Source: Mantamonas sphyraenae STR306
Taxonomy: Eukaryota > Protista > CRuMs
Reading direction: 5' to 3'
DNA length: 64,000 nt
NCBI GenBank assembly: GCA_026936335.1
Contig: JAPMXV010000028.1
Coordinates: forward strand, 1-64,000
Each line of letters starts with the position of its first letter. Within the stretch, counting starts at the first letter, position 1. The notes beneath the pieces are model-generated. The model had not been told where the DNA came from and did not search any database. It saw only the letters and a list, made by a program, of their open reading frames with translations. Positions 10,454 through 23,100 of this stretch are shown in pieces. A program made the position numbers and the translations under genes.

Positions 10454-12575
10454 ATGTCCTCTACCTCCATCGCCGGTGTCAACGGAGAACGCACCCATGG
10501 CCAGGACGTGCGCACGCAGAACGGTATGTGCCTCCTCCATGTTCCTTCCCTCCCTCCCTCCTCTCCGTAGCCCCGCCCGCGATCCCATGCGTGCTTCGCC
10601 TCCACATTTTGGCGCCACTTTTCCGTCCACAGCCCCATCCTCTTCCACACGCCACCCCACGCCCTCCCCACCCATCCCTCCGCCTTCCTGTCTCGCTCGC
10701 CCCTGTTCCTGCACATGCTGCCCTGTCCCTCTGCCCTGTGCACTCCCGTCCGCCCTGCCGTTTCTGGCCGTTTGCTCCCGTTCTGGGCACCCTCTCCTTC
10801 CTCCTTCCTCCGCCTCCCGCACGCCCCACACCTTCCCAACCTCCCACCCCTCTCCCCACCCGCTGTTCCCACTCCCACCCAACCGCCACATCCACGTCCT
10901 CCGCCCTCCACTGACCCGCTCCCTCGCACACTCCCCGCCTGCAAATGCGAATTCCTGATCCCGCTCTGATCTCCTCCCAGTCACCGCCTGCCTAGCCATT
11001 GCAAACATTGTCAAGACTTCCCTCGGCCCCGTCGGCCTCGACAAAATGCTTGTCGACGACATCGGAGATGTCCTCATCACCAACGACGGTGCCACCATCC
11101 TCCAGCAGCTCGACGTCGAGCACCCGGCTGCACGCATCCTCGTCGAGCTTGCCGGTCTGCAGGACACCGAGGTCGGCGACGGTACAACTTCCGTCGTCAT
11201 CCTCGCCGCAGAGCTCCTCAAGCGCGCCAACGAGCTCGTCAAGAAGCAGATTCACCCCACCAGCGTCATCAAGGGCTACCGCATGGCTCTCAAGCAGGTG
11301 AAGAAATTCATTGCCGAAAACCTCTCGGTGGACATCACCGAAGACGACAAGGACGTCCTCCTCCAGGCTGCCACCACTTCCCTCAGCTCAAAGGTCCTCG
11401 GCAACACCAGCAGCGACTTTTGGGCAAACGTCTGCTACGACGCAATCACACGCGTCAAGCGCATCAACTACATGGGCGACACCATCTACCCAGTCAAGAG
11501 CGTCAACGTCCTCAAATCCCACGGCAAGTCCATGAAGGAGAGCTTCGTTGTTCCGGGCTTTGCACTCAACTGCACCGTCGCTTCCCAGCTCATGCCCATG
11601 CGCATCGCCGACGCAAAGATCGCCTGCGTCGACTTCAACCTCAACAAGGGCCGCCTCGCCATGGGCATCAAGGTCGAGCTCGAGGACGTCGAGCAGCTCG
11701 AGAAGATCAAGCAGAAGGAACTCGACATGGCCAAGGACCGCGTCATGATGATCATCAACGCAGGCGCAAACGTCATCCTCACCACCAAGGGCATCGACGA
11801 CCTCGTCCTCAAGTACATGGTCGACAACGGTGTCATGGGCGTCCGCCGCTGCAAGCGCGACGACCTCAAGCGCATCGCAAAGATCACCGGCGGCCGCCTT
11901 GTCACCTCCCTTGCCACCATGGAGGGCGACGAAGAGTTTGACCCCGAGGACCTCGGCGCCGCCGAAGAGGTCTGCCAGGAGCGCGTTTCCGACGATGAGC
12001 TCATCCTCATCAAGGGCTGCGCAAACACTCGCGCCTCCTCCATCATCCTCCGCGGTCCCAACAGCATGGTTCTCGACGAGATGGACCGCAGTCTGCACGA
12101 CGCCATGTGCGTTGTCCAGCGCACCCTTGAGTCCAAGCGTATCGTCCCTGGCGGCGGCGCAGTCGAGACGGCCCTTTCCGTCCACCTCGAGAGCTACGCC
12201 TCCATCCTCAAGACCCGCGAAGCCCTCGCCGTCTATGAGTTCTCCCAGGCTCTCCTTGTCATCCCCAAGACCCTCGCTGTCAACGCCGCCCAGGACAGCA
12301 TGGACCTCGTCTCCACCCTTCTCGGTCTCCACCACCTCGCCCAGAAAGACAACGACGACGACAAGAAGTATCTCCGCTACGGCTTGGACCTCATCCAGGG
12401 CGATGTCGTCGACAACGTCGCTCGCGGTGTCGTCGAGCCGACCATGAGCAAGCTCAAGAGCTTTGAGTTTGCCGTCGAGGCCGCCATCACCATCCTCCGC
12501 ATCGACGACATGATCAAGCTCACTCCCCAGCAGCAACAGCAGGGCGGCTACCCGGGTGCAGGCGGCATGATGTGA
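10454..12575 (+). CDS. TCP1: T-complex protein 1 alpha (CCT1), 2 exons
   Basis: Exon 1 10454-10522 (GERTHGQDVRTQN), intron 10523-10980; SLGPVGLDKMLVDDIGDV, VGDGTTSVV, EAAITILRIDD. Confidence 0.95.
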
Positions 12576-12707
12576 TTGCCCTCCACACGCACGCACACAT
12601 TCACAAACTCTACAGCTGTACTGAGCCACACGCACTACCCACACGACACAATCACGCCCCGAATCCAAACAAAACAACGCATTCTCTCCCAACACAACCT
12701 TCCAACC

Positions 12708-14114
12708 ATGCGCAGCAAACACTCCTCCAGCACCCTGGCGTCCGCCCTCCTCCTCTCCTTCCTACTCCTCGTGGCTACCACCGCCACGCTGGTCTCGGCC
12801 CGCCTCTTTGCCGACGACGGCGTCGTCAACCCGGGCCCCAAATACCAGCGTTACCGCCTCGACGAGTTCCCCAAAGACAAGCCCTTCTTCCAGTGGTGGT
12901 TCTTTGAGATCCAGGACGGTTCCGGCCGCTTCCACGCCTTCTCCTCCTACGGCATGTTCCGCGGTGGCAAGTCGCAGCAAAACACAGGCGCCTACCTGAG
13001 CTACGCCAACCGCTTCCGAGGCCCCAACTCCACCATGACCGGCATCAGCAAGTACGAACGCTGGCCCCTCGATGCTCTCTCCGTCTCCAACTACTACGAC
13101 GTCACCGTGGGCGACGACTTTTCCATGCAGCAACTCGACTCCAACGACACTCTGCACCTCCGCGGCTCTCTGACCCACACCGAGCACTATTGGTTTGCTG
13201 AAAACTGTGCAAAGGATCTGCCCATCACCTGGGACCTTACTCTGACCCGCATTTTCGGCTGGTATGGCCAGCAGGACCTCGAATGGATTTCCGAAACGGC
13301 TGGCCGCGGCGAAATCGGCTGGAACACCCATTCCCACGACGCCCTCGTGCGCGGCACCATCACTGTGGGTGACCAGACGTACACGTTCAAAGAAGGCACA
13401 CTCGCCCGTGCCTACGGCGACATGAACTGGGGGGAGCGCTTCCCCGCATCTGGCCCCAACCCTCCCGTCGATGACCCCTGGGCATGGTTCCGCGTCGTTG
13501 TGCCCAACCAACTTGATCCAGAGCAAGACATCAGCATCATCGCAGGCACAGGTCTCACTGACATTGGCTTCCCGGCCTACCAGGTCCTTGGCGCTTTCGG
13601 CGACGTCCGCCTCACCAATGCCACCCACGTCGGCATGCGCAAGGTTGTCATTTGGGACGAGACTCGTTTCGCCAACCCTGTCGTTGACACCACCAACGAC
13701 GGCAAGCTCATCCGCTTTGACGTCGCACGCAGCAACTGGGTCCAGTACACCGACGACCTTGGCACGGCCAAGATCCCGCTCACTCAGGTCCTCACTCTCG
13801 AGACCACCAACCACAAGCTCACGTTGACCTTTGACAGCCGTCTCGACCAGGTACGCAATCGTTGTCGCCCTCCCCGTGCCCTTTCCCGTCCTCCCCTTCT
13901 GACACGTTTTCCACCCCGCCACCCGCACCTGCAGTACAATCGCCTCCTCTTTCCCTACGACACATTCATCTTTTCCGACTTTGAGGCACTGGGTGTCCGC
14001 TGCAACGCAACCATTGAAATCACAAACCAGCCTACCCGCTCCTTCTCCGTCGACACTGCTGGTCTCGAGTACGGCTACCACACAAAGATCAATTTTCCCA
14101 ACCCGCAACAATAG
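12708..14114 (+). CDS. Secreted tocopherol-cyclase-like beta-barrel protein
   Basis: Hydrophobic signal peptide; FFQWWFFEI and RAYGDMNWGERFP resemble tocopherol cyclase family motifs. In-frame intron 13851-13934. Confidence 0.55.
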   Translation: MRSKHSSSTLASALLLSFLLLVATTATLVSARLFADDGVVNPGPKYQRYRLDEFPKDKPFFQWWFFEIQDGSGRFHAFSSYGMFRGGKSQQNTGAYLSYANRFRGPNSTMTGISKYERWPLDALSVSNYYDVTVGDDFSMQQLDSNDTLHLRGSLTHTEHYWFAENCAKDLPITWDLTLTRIFGWYGQQDLEWISETAGRGEIGWNTHSHDALVRGTITVGDQTYTFKEGTLARAYGDMNWGERFPASGPNPPVDDPWAWFRVVVPNQLDPEQDISIIAGTGLTDIGFPAYQVLGAFGDVRLTNATHVGMRKVVIWDETRFANPVVDTTNDGKLIRFDVARSNWVQYTDDLGTAKIPLTQVLTLETTNHKLTLTFDSRLDQVRNRCRPPRALSRPPLLTRFPPRHPHLQYNRLLFPYDTFIFSDFEALGVRCNATIEITNQPTRSFSVDTAGLEYGYHTKINFPNPQQ

Positions 14115-14191
14115 AGCGTGCAACCATTTGTCAACCATGTGTGTCCAATCCTTGCTTGATCCTCCATTGCTCTGCTTCCACTCCCTCACCC

Positions 14192-17100
14192 TCAATTCGT
14201 GTTCAACACCAGACACACTCCCTGCAACACCCACAGACTCTCGTGCTCCTGGCTCGGGATATCCGCCTCAAACACCAACCCGACTCCCATCGCATTCCTC
14301 CTCTGCTGCGTCACGTACACAGGCGTGCGAATCGTGTTGTGCAACTTGAGTCGGCTCGCTTCGATGGGCACCACCTGCACAATCGGAAACTCCTCCACAA
14401 GTACCTTGTTTCGCTGCGCCGTAAGGCACCCGCGCTCCCGGTCCCAGCTCGCTCCCTCCAGGTACAGGCCCTGGATGTAGCACCCGTCCTCCGGTCGCGC
14501 CGTGATCTCATCCGCCTCCCGATAATCCGTCACCTGCGTAAACAGAGTGCTCTTGTCCAGCGGCCACCCGTGTCGCCTGCAACCCGCCTGCACCAGCGCC
14601 GTCAGATACGCCTCCGGCACGTGCAGGCCCGACAGCCACATCACCACAGGCTCTCCCTTCTCGATCCAGCTCAGGTACTGCTGATACCTCTGGTCAAAGT
14701 ATGCCATCCAGCCACCAAGCGACTTTTCCGTGTACGGTGCCAGCTCTTGCCACCTGCGCGGCAGCTGTCCGTTGTACAACGACGTCGCAAGTTCGTCCAG
14801 CTCAATGCTCATCCCAATCTCGCCGTTCAGCGCACGCTCAAGGTCACGCAGCGTCACGCTCATCTTCTTCACCAGAGCGTTCCATCGCGCAAGCTCCTGC
14901 AGCAAAACAACCTGGCTCGGCGTCAGCTCGTCTCCCAGCGCTTTTCCGATGCGCTGCAAATCAAACTCCTCCGGAATCTTTTGCATCAGCTCATGCGTCG
15001 TGCCCAGGATAAACGTCTCCCGCGACATCCCACCGCTACCCAACGTCGTGCGTGGCTGGATGCTCAACATGTCTCGCCACAGTTGTCGCGACGACGACGT
15101 CAGGTATCCAATCTCTGCGTTCGGGTGCAGCCCAAACACCTCAGGCGTGTCCGTCGGCGGCAGCTCCTCGATCGCCGTCACATAGTTTTCCCGCGGCCCG
15201 TCCTCCGGCACCTTGAACACCAGACCTTCCTCCTCGTTCTCAAAGAACCGGAATGGCTGGAATGTGTCAAACAAAAAGTCGCCCATGTACTCGTTCAGGT
15301 ACGTCATCAGGACACGTCGGTCAAAGTCGTCCGTCACACGACCTCCGTACATCGCCTCGCCAATCAAGTACCGCAGCGAGTTCCACGGAATCGCTGACTC
15401 CTTGTTCCCGTGCGCCTTGCTCAGGTACGTGTTCAGCAGCGTCAGCGACGTCGAAAAGTCGCTCTCGTTAAAGTCGTACGCGATGTTCCACCCAATCTTT
15501 CCGTACTTGCGCCTGTCCTGCACCACAGCGTGGAAGAAGCTAAGCACATACACCAGTGGCTTGAACGCCCAGTGCGGGCACTCTTCCAGATCCTCGTCCG
15601 TGATCCTCGAGTAGCTCTGCTCCATGTTCTGCCGCAGCCCATTCGGCGGCTCCGTCACCACCTTCAGCGACCGCTGCAGGATGCCCACGGGGAACTTTTC
15701 CGTCGGCTCCGTCGTCAACCACAGCCGGAAGTCTGGGTTCGGCTTCTCCGCAAGCTTCTCCGTCAGCAGCTTCTCCAGCGGCTTCAGCCAGCTCGTCAGC
15801 AGATGGCAATTCATCAGGATCACCCATTGTCCACGCGAGATCCCCATCTCAATCAGCTGCTTCGCCGCCTTCTCCTGCCCTTCTCCCAGAGCACGGTGAC
15901 GAATCTTTGTGTTGCCCACCATTCCACGCTGCTCTCCAAGCTTGAAGATGTCCGCTGCAGGATCAGCTCCGGGGCTCAGGATGAACACCACCGGCGATGT
16001 CGCCGTACTCTGCTGGAAGATGTCGTCAATCGACGACTGGATCGGGTTGATGTACTGCTCACCCAGCGTCGTCGTGATGAAATTCTTCACCGCAACCACC
16101 ACGCGGTCGTGCCTGAAGCAACGCAACACACACAGCTGCTGGAACCGGTTCAGCTTGCTGTGCAGGCCAAGCGGCAGGTTCTTCACCTCGGGCGTCGCGT
16201 CCTGGTACCACTCCATCCACACTGCCTCGTTCCCACGGTCCGCCACGCCCCGAACAACCTCTTCAAACACCCCGCCCAGCTCTCCCAACGCCATCAAATC
16301 CTCCCAGCTCTTCTTTTCCACCCACGACACGCGCTCCAGCTCCGACAGCGACCCTTCGCCGCTGCTGCTGCTGCTGCTGCTGCTGCCTCCTTCCACCTGC
16401 CCTGTGCTTCCCGAGCTCGAACTGCTGCCGCCCACCTTGACATTGCCCTTCAGGAAAAACTCCAGCTCCGAACGCACCATCCCGCCGCGGCCTTCCAGAA
16501 TCATCACCGCCATCTGGAATGAAAACGTCAGCTTGTGCTCCTCAAACAGGCTCGTGCACACGTATTTGTACACGTTGCGCGTCAGCGTGTCCATGATGTA
16601 CATCAACCGCGTCTGCAGGATCGTGTCCTTCTTCGACCCGCGCAGCGACGCCTCAAACACGCCCACAAACGCGTTCAGCGAATACTCGTACATCGGATTC
16701 ATCGCGCTCAGCGAGCTCATTGCGAAAAACAAGATGCTGCCTCGCTTCGCCACGGGTTTGTACCCGTTGCGTACCGCCTCAATGTCCTTCGCTGTGCGTC
16801 GTCCCTGCTCCAGCTTCTCGCTGATCTCCACCACCTTGCTCTTGGCGTCCTCCAGCGTCTCGATCAGCTCCGTGTTGTCCAACATCTTGCGCCCGTCGTC
16901 GTAGTGCGCCAGCTCTCGCAACAGTGTGTCCTCCAGACGCTTCAGGTTGCCCTTGTTCTCACTCGTTTCCTGGATCAGTTTCGTGCGCGACTTTTCAAGG
17001 TCGCTGCGCTCGTACCCGACCACCACGCTCAGCAGCTGCTCTGCAAGTCCATCCGGCGTCACGCAGCAGTTCACCACAGCCGTCTTTCCAAACAGCTCCG

Positions 17101-20100
17101 GGTTGTACGCAGGGTTCGCCACCTTGGTCGTCATGTACAGCCGGAACGCAGGATCCCAGTCGATGTCCTTGTCGTTCAGGTTGATGAACCGCTTGTTGCC
17201 AATCACGTTGATGTCCTTCTCCAGCACAGGCTCAATCACGGGATCCACCGCGTCGTCCACACCCTCAATCAGGAACGGCCGCCCATACTGGATCGCATAC
17301 TCCAGCGCGCGCAAAAAGTCCCCGTCGTCAAACGTGGTCACATGCAGCGCACTTCCCTCCATCTTCTTGATCCACTCTACCACCTGCATCTGCGGGTCGA
17401 TGCAAAGCGGCCAACGCGTCGACTGCGTCACCAGGATGCCGTTCTGCACACTCTGCTCGTCCGGCGGCAGTCCTTGCGACGACCAACGCGACACTTCCAC
17501 GTCGTCCGTCAGCAGCGCCTCCACAGTGTAGTCCGCCGTAATCGGGATCTCTCGCCCAATCACGTCCGGCACCCACTCCCCTTCAAGCATGCGCTTCCTA
17601 AACTCGTGTGAGAACGGGCCCGCGTAGCTCAGGAACGCCGCCGCCACAAGGCTGTCTCCCACAAGTCGCTCGCGTCGCTGCTTCGTCTCTGCCAGGTCGT
17701 CCGTCCAGCGCGACCGCTCCGTGCCCAGCCCACTGATCAGCTTCTTTGCTGCCGTCAAGTGCGCCTCCATCTCTTCCGCACGCGCCTTCAGCTCCATTTG
17801 CTCTGCCGTCTGGCCCGCAAACAGCTCACCCAGTTTCATCAGCTCGTCGCTCAGTGCAGCCACGTCCATCTTGATCTTTTCCAGCTCCTTGTTCGCGCGC
17901 TTCAGATCCTTCTCCTTCGCCTGCACACGTTCACGCTTCGGCGCCACGTTTCGCATCACCGAGTAAAAGTTGATCATCGACTTGACCCAATCATACAGCG
18001 CAACACCTGCGCTCGAAATGCTCTCCACCTCGCTGCGCGACCCGATTTGCGAAAAGATCTCCTTCACCTTGTTCATCTTGTTTGACGTCAGCGTCTCCGC
18101 GTCAAAGTTCAGCAGGTCCTGCAGGAAGGACGGACTCGTCATCATCGCCTTGGCTCCCTTCCACGTGTGGTCCTTGAACCCGCGCAGAATCACAACACAG
18201 ATGCACACGTCCCGGATCTGCTGCATCGGGTTGTAGTACGACCGAATCTCCACGATCTTTTCGCGCGGCAAGTTCTGCAGCAGCTCCTGTGCCTCCAGCA
18301 GCTCTGGCATCGCGTCTGCCAGCTGGCCTTCCGCCTCTGCCTTCTCCTCAGACACCCTGCGCTGCGTCTCCTCAAGCTCCGCTTCCTTCTCGCTCGCCGC
18401 CAGCTGCTTCTCCTTGGTCTTTGCGTTTCGCTCCGTGATTTTGGCCAGCAACTCGTCGCACGCCAGCTTCTTTTGGTGCACAATCGCCTTGCTCTTCACA
18501 AGTTCCGTGTTCATCACCTCCACCTCCTGTGCAGCCAGAATCAGCGCGCGCAGGCCGTCGTCCAGGAACTTGGCTTCTTCTCCCAGCTTCTTTCGGTGCT
18601 TCTTCAACAGGCCCATGTATCCGTGCAGGTAGTCCAGGTAGTTCTTTGGCGTCACGTGGTTGCTGCGTCGCAGCTCCGCCTCAAACTCGGCGCAGTGCTC
18701 CGTCACACGTTCGTGTGTCAGCACCATGTGCGACACAATGTCCTCTCGGAAGCGCTCCGGAAGGTCCTCCTCCGCCAACATGTGCTCAGCCACCGCACGC
18801 AGCGCTGTCTCGGGCCAGCGGAAGAACCAGTCGATCACCGTGTTCGACACCAGTCCGGGGAAGTTGCGGCACCTCTGCCGCAGCATCTCTCCTGCTGGCG
18901 ACATGCACAGCACAATGTGCAGGTTGTCTCGGCACTTGTTCACAAAGTAGTTCCAGCAGTTTTCGCGCGTGTCAAAGATGTTGCGCTTGATCACCTCCGA
19001 CCGGATCCCACTGATCAACGCTTCACGCTCGTCGTCCGCAAACAGCGCAGGCACCATGCCGCTCGTCAGCATGTTGTTCACCAGCTCCAGAAACTCCTCG
19101 TGCACCACGTCGTTGTCCGTAAACAAGAACGTCACCTGCTTGTCCTCCTCGCCCAGCTTCTTGTACAGCGTCTTCAGCTCCTCACGGAATGACTCCTCCG
19201 TGTAGTTGCGTGTCAGCGTGATCTGGAACAGCTCGTACCCAGCTGCATGCGTCGCCAGGCGCGTCAGGCTCCTCTTGCCGCTCCCACCAATGCCCACAAG
19301 GAGCGCATTGCCGCGTGGCATGCGGATGATCCGGTGGATGCGCACAAGGTGTTCCAGCGCCTGGTCAAACAGGACAAGGTCCATCTTGCGGTGGTGGTCG
19401 TTGTAGTCCTCCAGCACCTCCATAAACAGGTTGCGCACGCTCTCGTGATCCACAAGGTCCTTGTACACACGCGCATCCTCGCTCTCCAGCGCCTGGTCAA
19501 AGTCACCAAACAGGATCGGATCCTCCAGCGCCCCAACCGCCTCTCGCGGAAAGTAGTGCTTGATCAGCTGTCCGATCTTGTCGTTCAGCCACTGCCGGTC
19601 CTCCACAGAAATCAGCCTGTCATGGAACACGCGCAGGCATTCGTTGCGCCACAGGCGCACAAACTGCTCCACGCCGTCGAACGAATCCGGCCGGCTCAGG
19701 CAAAGACCTTCGTACACGCGCGACAAGTCGCGCAGGTTGAAGATGTAGTGGAACTTGCTCGGCGTCGGTGGCAGGTGCTGCACAACAGCTCGGTACAGCT
19801 TCAGCGTCATCGACGTCAGCTCACGCGACAGGTCACGCAGCCCGTCCGGGAACGACAGCAGGTGGTGGTTCAGCACGCTCGTGTAGATCTTGGTCAGCGA
19901 CTGGTCGCTCGGGAACGTGATGCTAAACACGTTGAACAGCGAGATGAACCGGGGGTCCACTGCGTTGCGCCCTCCGCCTGCAGGGCCCATGGAGCCCAGG
20001 AAGAGCAGGTCCTGCAGCTTCTTCCAAAAGATCTGCTCGCCTCGCTCGTAGAACCCGCCTCGCGAAATCAGCAGACGCAGCAACGCAATCGGCTGCTGCG

Positions 20101-23100
20101 TCTCGTACTTGTCCACACTCGGCATGTTCAGGTCGTCCACGTACGTCACAAGCATGCGTCCCACAGGCGGGCCCAGTGTGTCGCGCGTTTTCTTCTCCAG
20201 AGGCTCCTGGATGGTGTTGCGCACGTCCTGCGCCGTCGTGCGCGAACTAAAGTTCATCGTCAGCGTCAGGAATCGGTCGCTGTCCAGGCCCCTCATGTAC
20301 TTCTGCGTAATCGACGACTTGGCCGTTCCGGTCTCACCCACAAACAGCATCGGCTGCTGCGTGCGCATCACCATGTCCATCAGCATCGTGTAGCGCACCG
20401 TGTCCACCGTCGGCACCAGGATCGACGAAAACTTGCCGTCCTCGGGCGCCATGAACGGCTGCACCATGTCGCCCCACGGGATCCACTTGTTCACTTTCAC
20501 GTCAAAGTAGTACTGGTACAGCGTCGGCAGGGCCGCAGGCAGCTGACCCGTGCCCACCGTCAGGTCCGGGTTGTCCACAATCACCAGATCCGACAGTTTC
20601 TTCACAAACGCATCAAACTTCACCTGCGACTCCTCCACCAGCGCTCCACCCAGTGACCAGATCACGCAAAAGATAAACACCGCCTCCAGGCTGCTCGGAT
20701 CCGTCACCGCGCGCTCCTGATGGTCCAGCACAGACTCCAACAGCGTGCACAGCTGTCGCATCATGTTCATCCCCGTGTACGGGATGATTGTGCGCAGCTT
20801 CTTCGTCACAATTCCTTCCAAGATGCCCTCCGTCACGTAGTCGACGCACGCGCTCACGTACTTGTCGAAAAACGCCCCGAGCACCTCGGCCTCGCTCTTG
20901 TTGTTGCGCCTGCCCAGCCACGTCTTGAAGTACGGCTTCACACCCATGTTCCGCGGATCCACAAACACCATGCCACATCGCGACACCGTTGCAGGCGACG
21001 CAAACTTCAGGTGCGCCACCTCAAACAGAAGCTTGCAGTGGTCCTGAAGCAGAATCCTATCGCTGTTCGGCAGCGTGAGCAGCTTGTTGTCGTCCATCAC
21101 ACTGTTCATGTTCTCCACCCACACGGGGTCCACGTCGCCGTCGAATACCATGTACCGCGCCTCCTTCTTGTCTCCAATCAGCGGCTTGTTCATCTCCTTG
21201 AACAGATACGACAGCAATCCGGGCGTCCAGTCGCGCGTGTTCTTGTCCAGCCGTCCGTACAGCTCCTGCAGCGTCACCGCCTTTGGGTTGAGCACAATCA
21301 GCTTCGTATGCAAGCCCAGAGCCGTCTGCGCGCGCTGAAGCGTTTCCAGCACGACAGTCTTGCCCCCTCCCGTCGGACCCACCACCATGGTTGTGTGGCG
21401 CGTCAGCATCGTCTCGTACACCTGGATCGTCTTGTCAACCTGTTCGGACAGCACCTGCAGGCCGCGCTCTGCAAGCGCGCCTTCCACGGCGTCGTGCAGA
21501 CCGGGGTAGCGCACACGCGGACAATCCAGCTTCGGGAACAGGTCTGCAATCAGACCCAGGAACAGAGGCACGTCCTCAAACACAAACTTGGGCAGGTTCA
21601 TATCGCGCAGCGCGCGCATCAGCACCAGCTCCTCGCTGTACTCGGGCGACGACCGCTTCAGCGCACCCGCCATCACGAGCACGCTTCGCAGCGCACGCAA
21701 ACCAAAGTCGTAGTGGTTCTGCTTGCTCAGTTGCTCGCGCGCAAGCTTGTACAGCACCGTCATCTTCTTTGACAACACCTTGGCGCTGCTGAATCCCTGC
21801 GAAAACAGCATGATCTCGCAAATCTGTTCCATGTCCGGCACCACCATCACCACGGGCCGGAACAGCGCCTTCAGGTTGTCCGGCAGCTCCGTGCGCCCCT
21901 CGTATCCAGGGTTCATGGTCACGAAAATGCCCACGCTGTGATTCAGTCGGATCTCTCGGTCCTGGAACGGAAACTGCGTGTACCTGTGCATCAGCGCCTG
22001 CTGGATTTCGCGGATTTGCGTCGAAATCACAGACAGCACCTGCGGCTCGATGCGGTTGAACTCGTCGAAGCAGCCCCACGAGCCCGTCTGCGCCAGACCG
22101 CTGAACATGCTCCCCATCGCCTCCACGTCCAGGCCCTCACCGCAGTTGAACACGACGCAGCGTAGACCCATCGTTTTGGCCAGGTCCTTCACCGTTTCCG
22201 TCTTGCCCGTGCCTGCCGGCCCCGCTGGCGATCCGCCCTTGAACATGGACAACGCTTGCGTCAGCGTCATGATGCACCTGTCCGTCAACGGCGTAATCAC
22301 AAGTCGCCCGCTCAGGCCCGTGTACTCGTACCCGAACCCGAACGAGCCCGTGCACTGTCGGATCTGGATATCGTCCAGTCCTCGGTTCCAGTAGAAACGC
22401 AGCTGCGACTCCCACTCAAACTCCCGCTCGTCCAGGATGCTGTCTCGCACAAAGCCTTCGATCACGTCCCGGGCGTGCACGTCGATGATGATTTGCGTGT
22501 TCACCTTCTTGCGCTGCTTGCTTGTGATGTCCGTGCGCACAAGATCCACCAGATCGTCGATTTGGCCGTGCAGACGTGCATTCAGCTGCTTCATCATCAG
22601 CTTGTTGCCCTGGCGCACCTGCCGGAACGCATCCTCCACCTCCCACGTCCACCAGATCTGCGATCCCACAAGCGTGCTCATCGCAGGGTACGCCTCGTTC
22701 AGGAACCACTCCACGCGCTCGCTCTTTGGGTAGTAGAAGATTGCCTCTTTCGTCACCTGGTGAAGCGTCTTGCGCATTTCGTCCTCCACGTTGTTCATCC
22801 AGTACTCCACCATGCCCTCCACCTGCACCTGGTGTCGGAACGGAAGCACCTCTTGCTCGCTGCTCTCGACGCCCATGATCATCTTGGCGTTGCGGCCCGT
22901 GCCAAACGTCAGCCGCTTCACGTTTTCAAACAGCTTGATCAAGTGCTCCTGGATCTTGCTCACGTCGTGCGAGCCCAGAATGCTCAGCAATTCCTCGTCC
23001 GTGATGAAGTAGAATCGCGGGAAAGCCATGCGCTTGCTCTCCAGGTACTCGCTCAACGACCGTTCGCACATGTTCAGCTGCGCCTGCAGTCCTCGCAGCT

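Noticed and set aside
9442-10980. Intronic snoRNAs in the long NOP58 and TCP1 introns
   Set aside because: No box C (RTGATGA) and box D pair with a terminal stem was seen; the introns are low-complexity.
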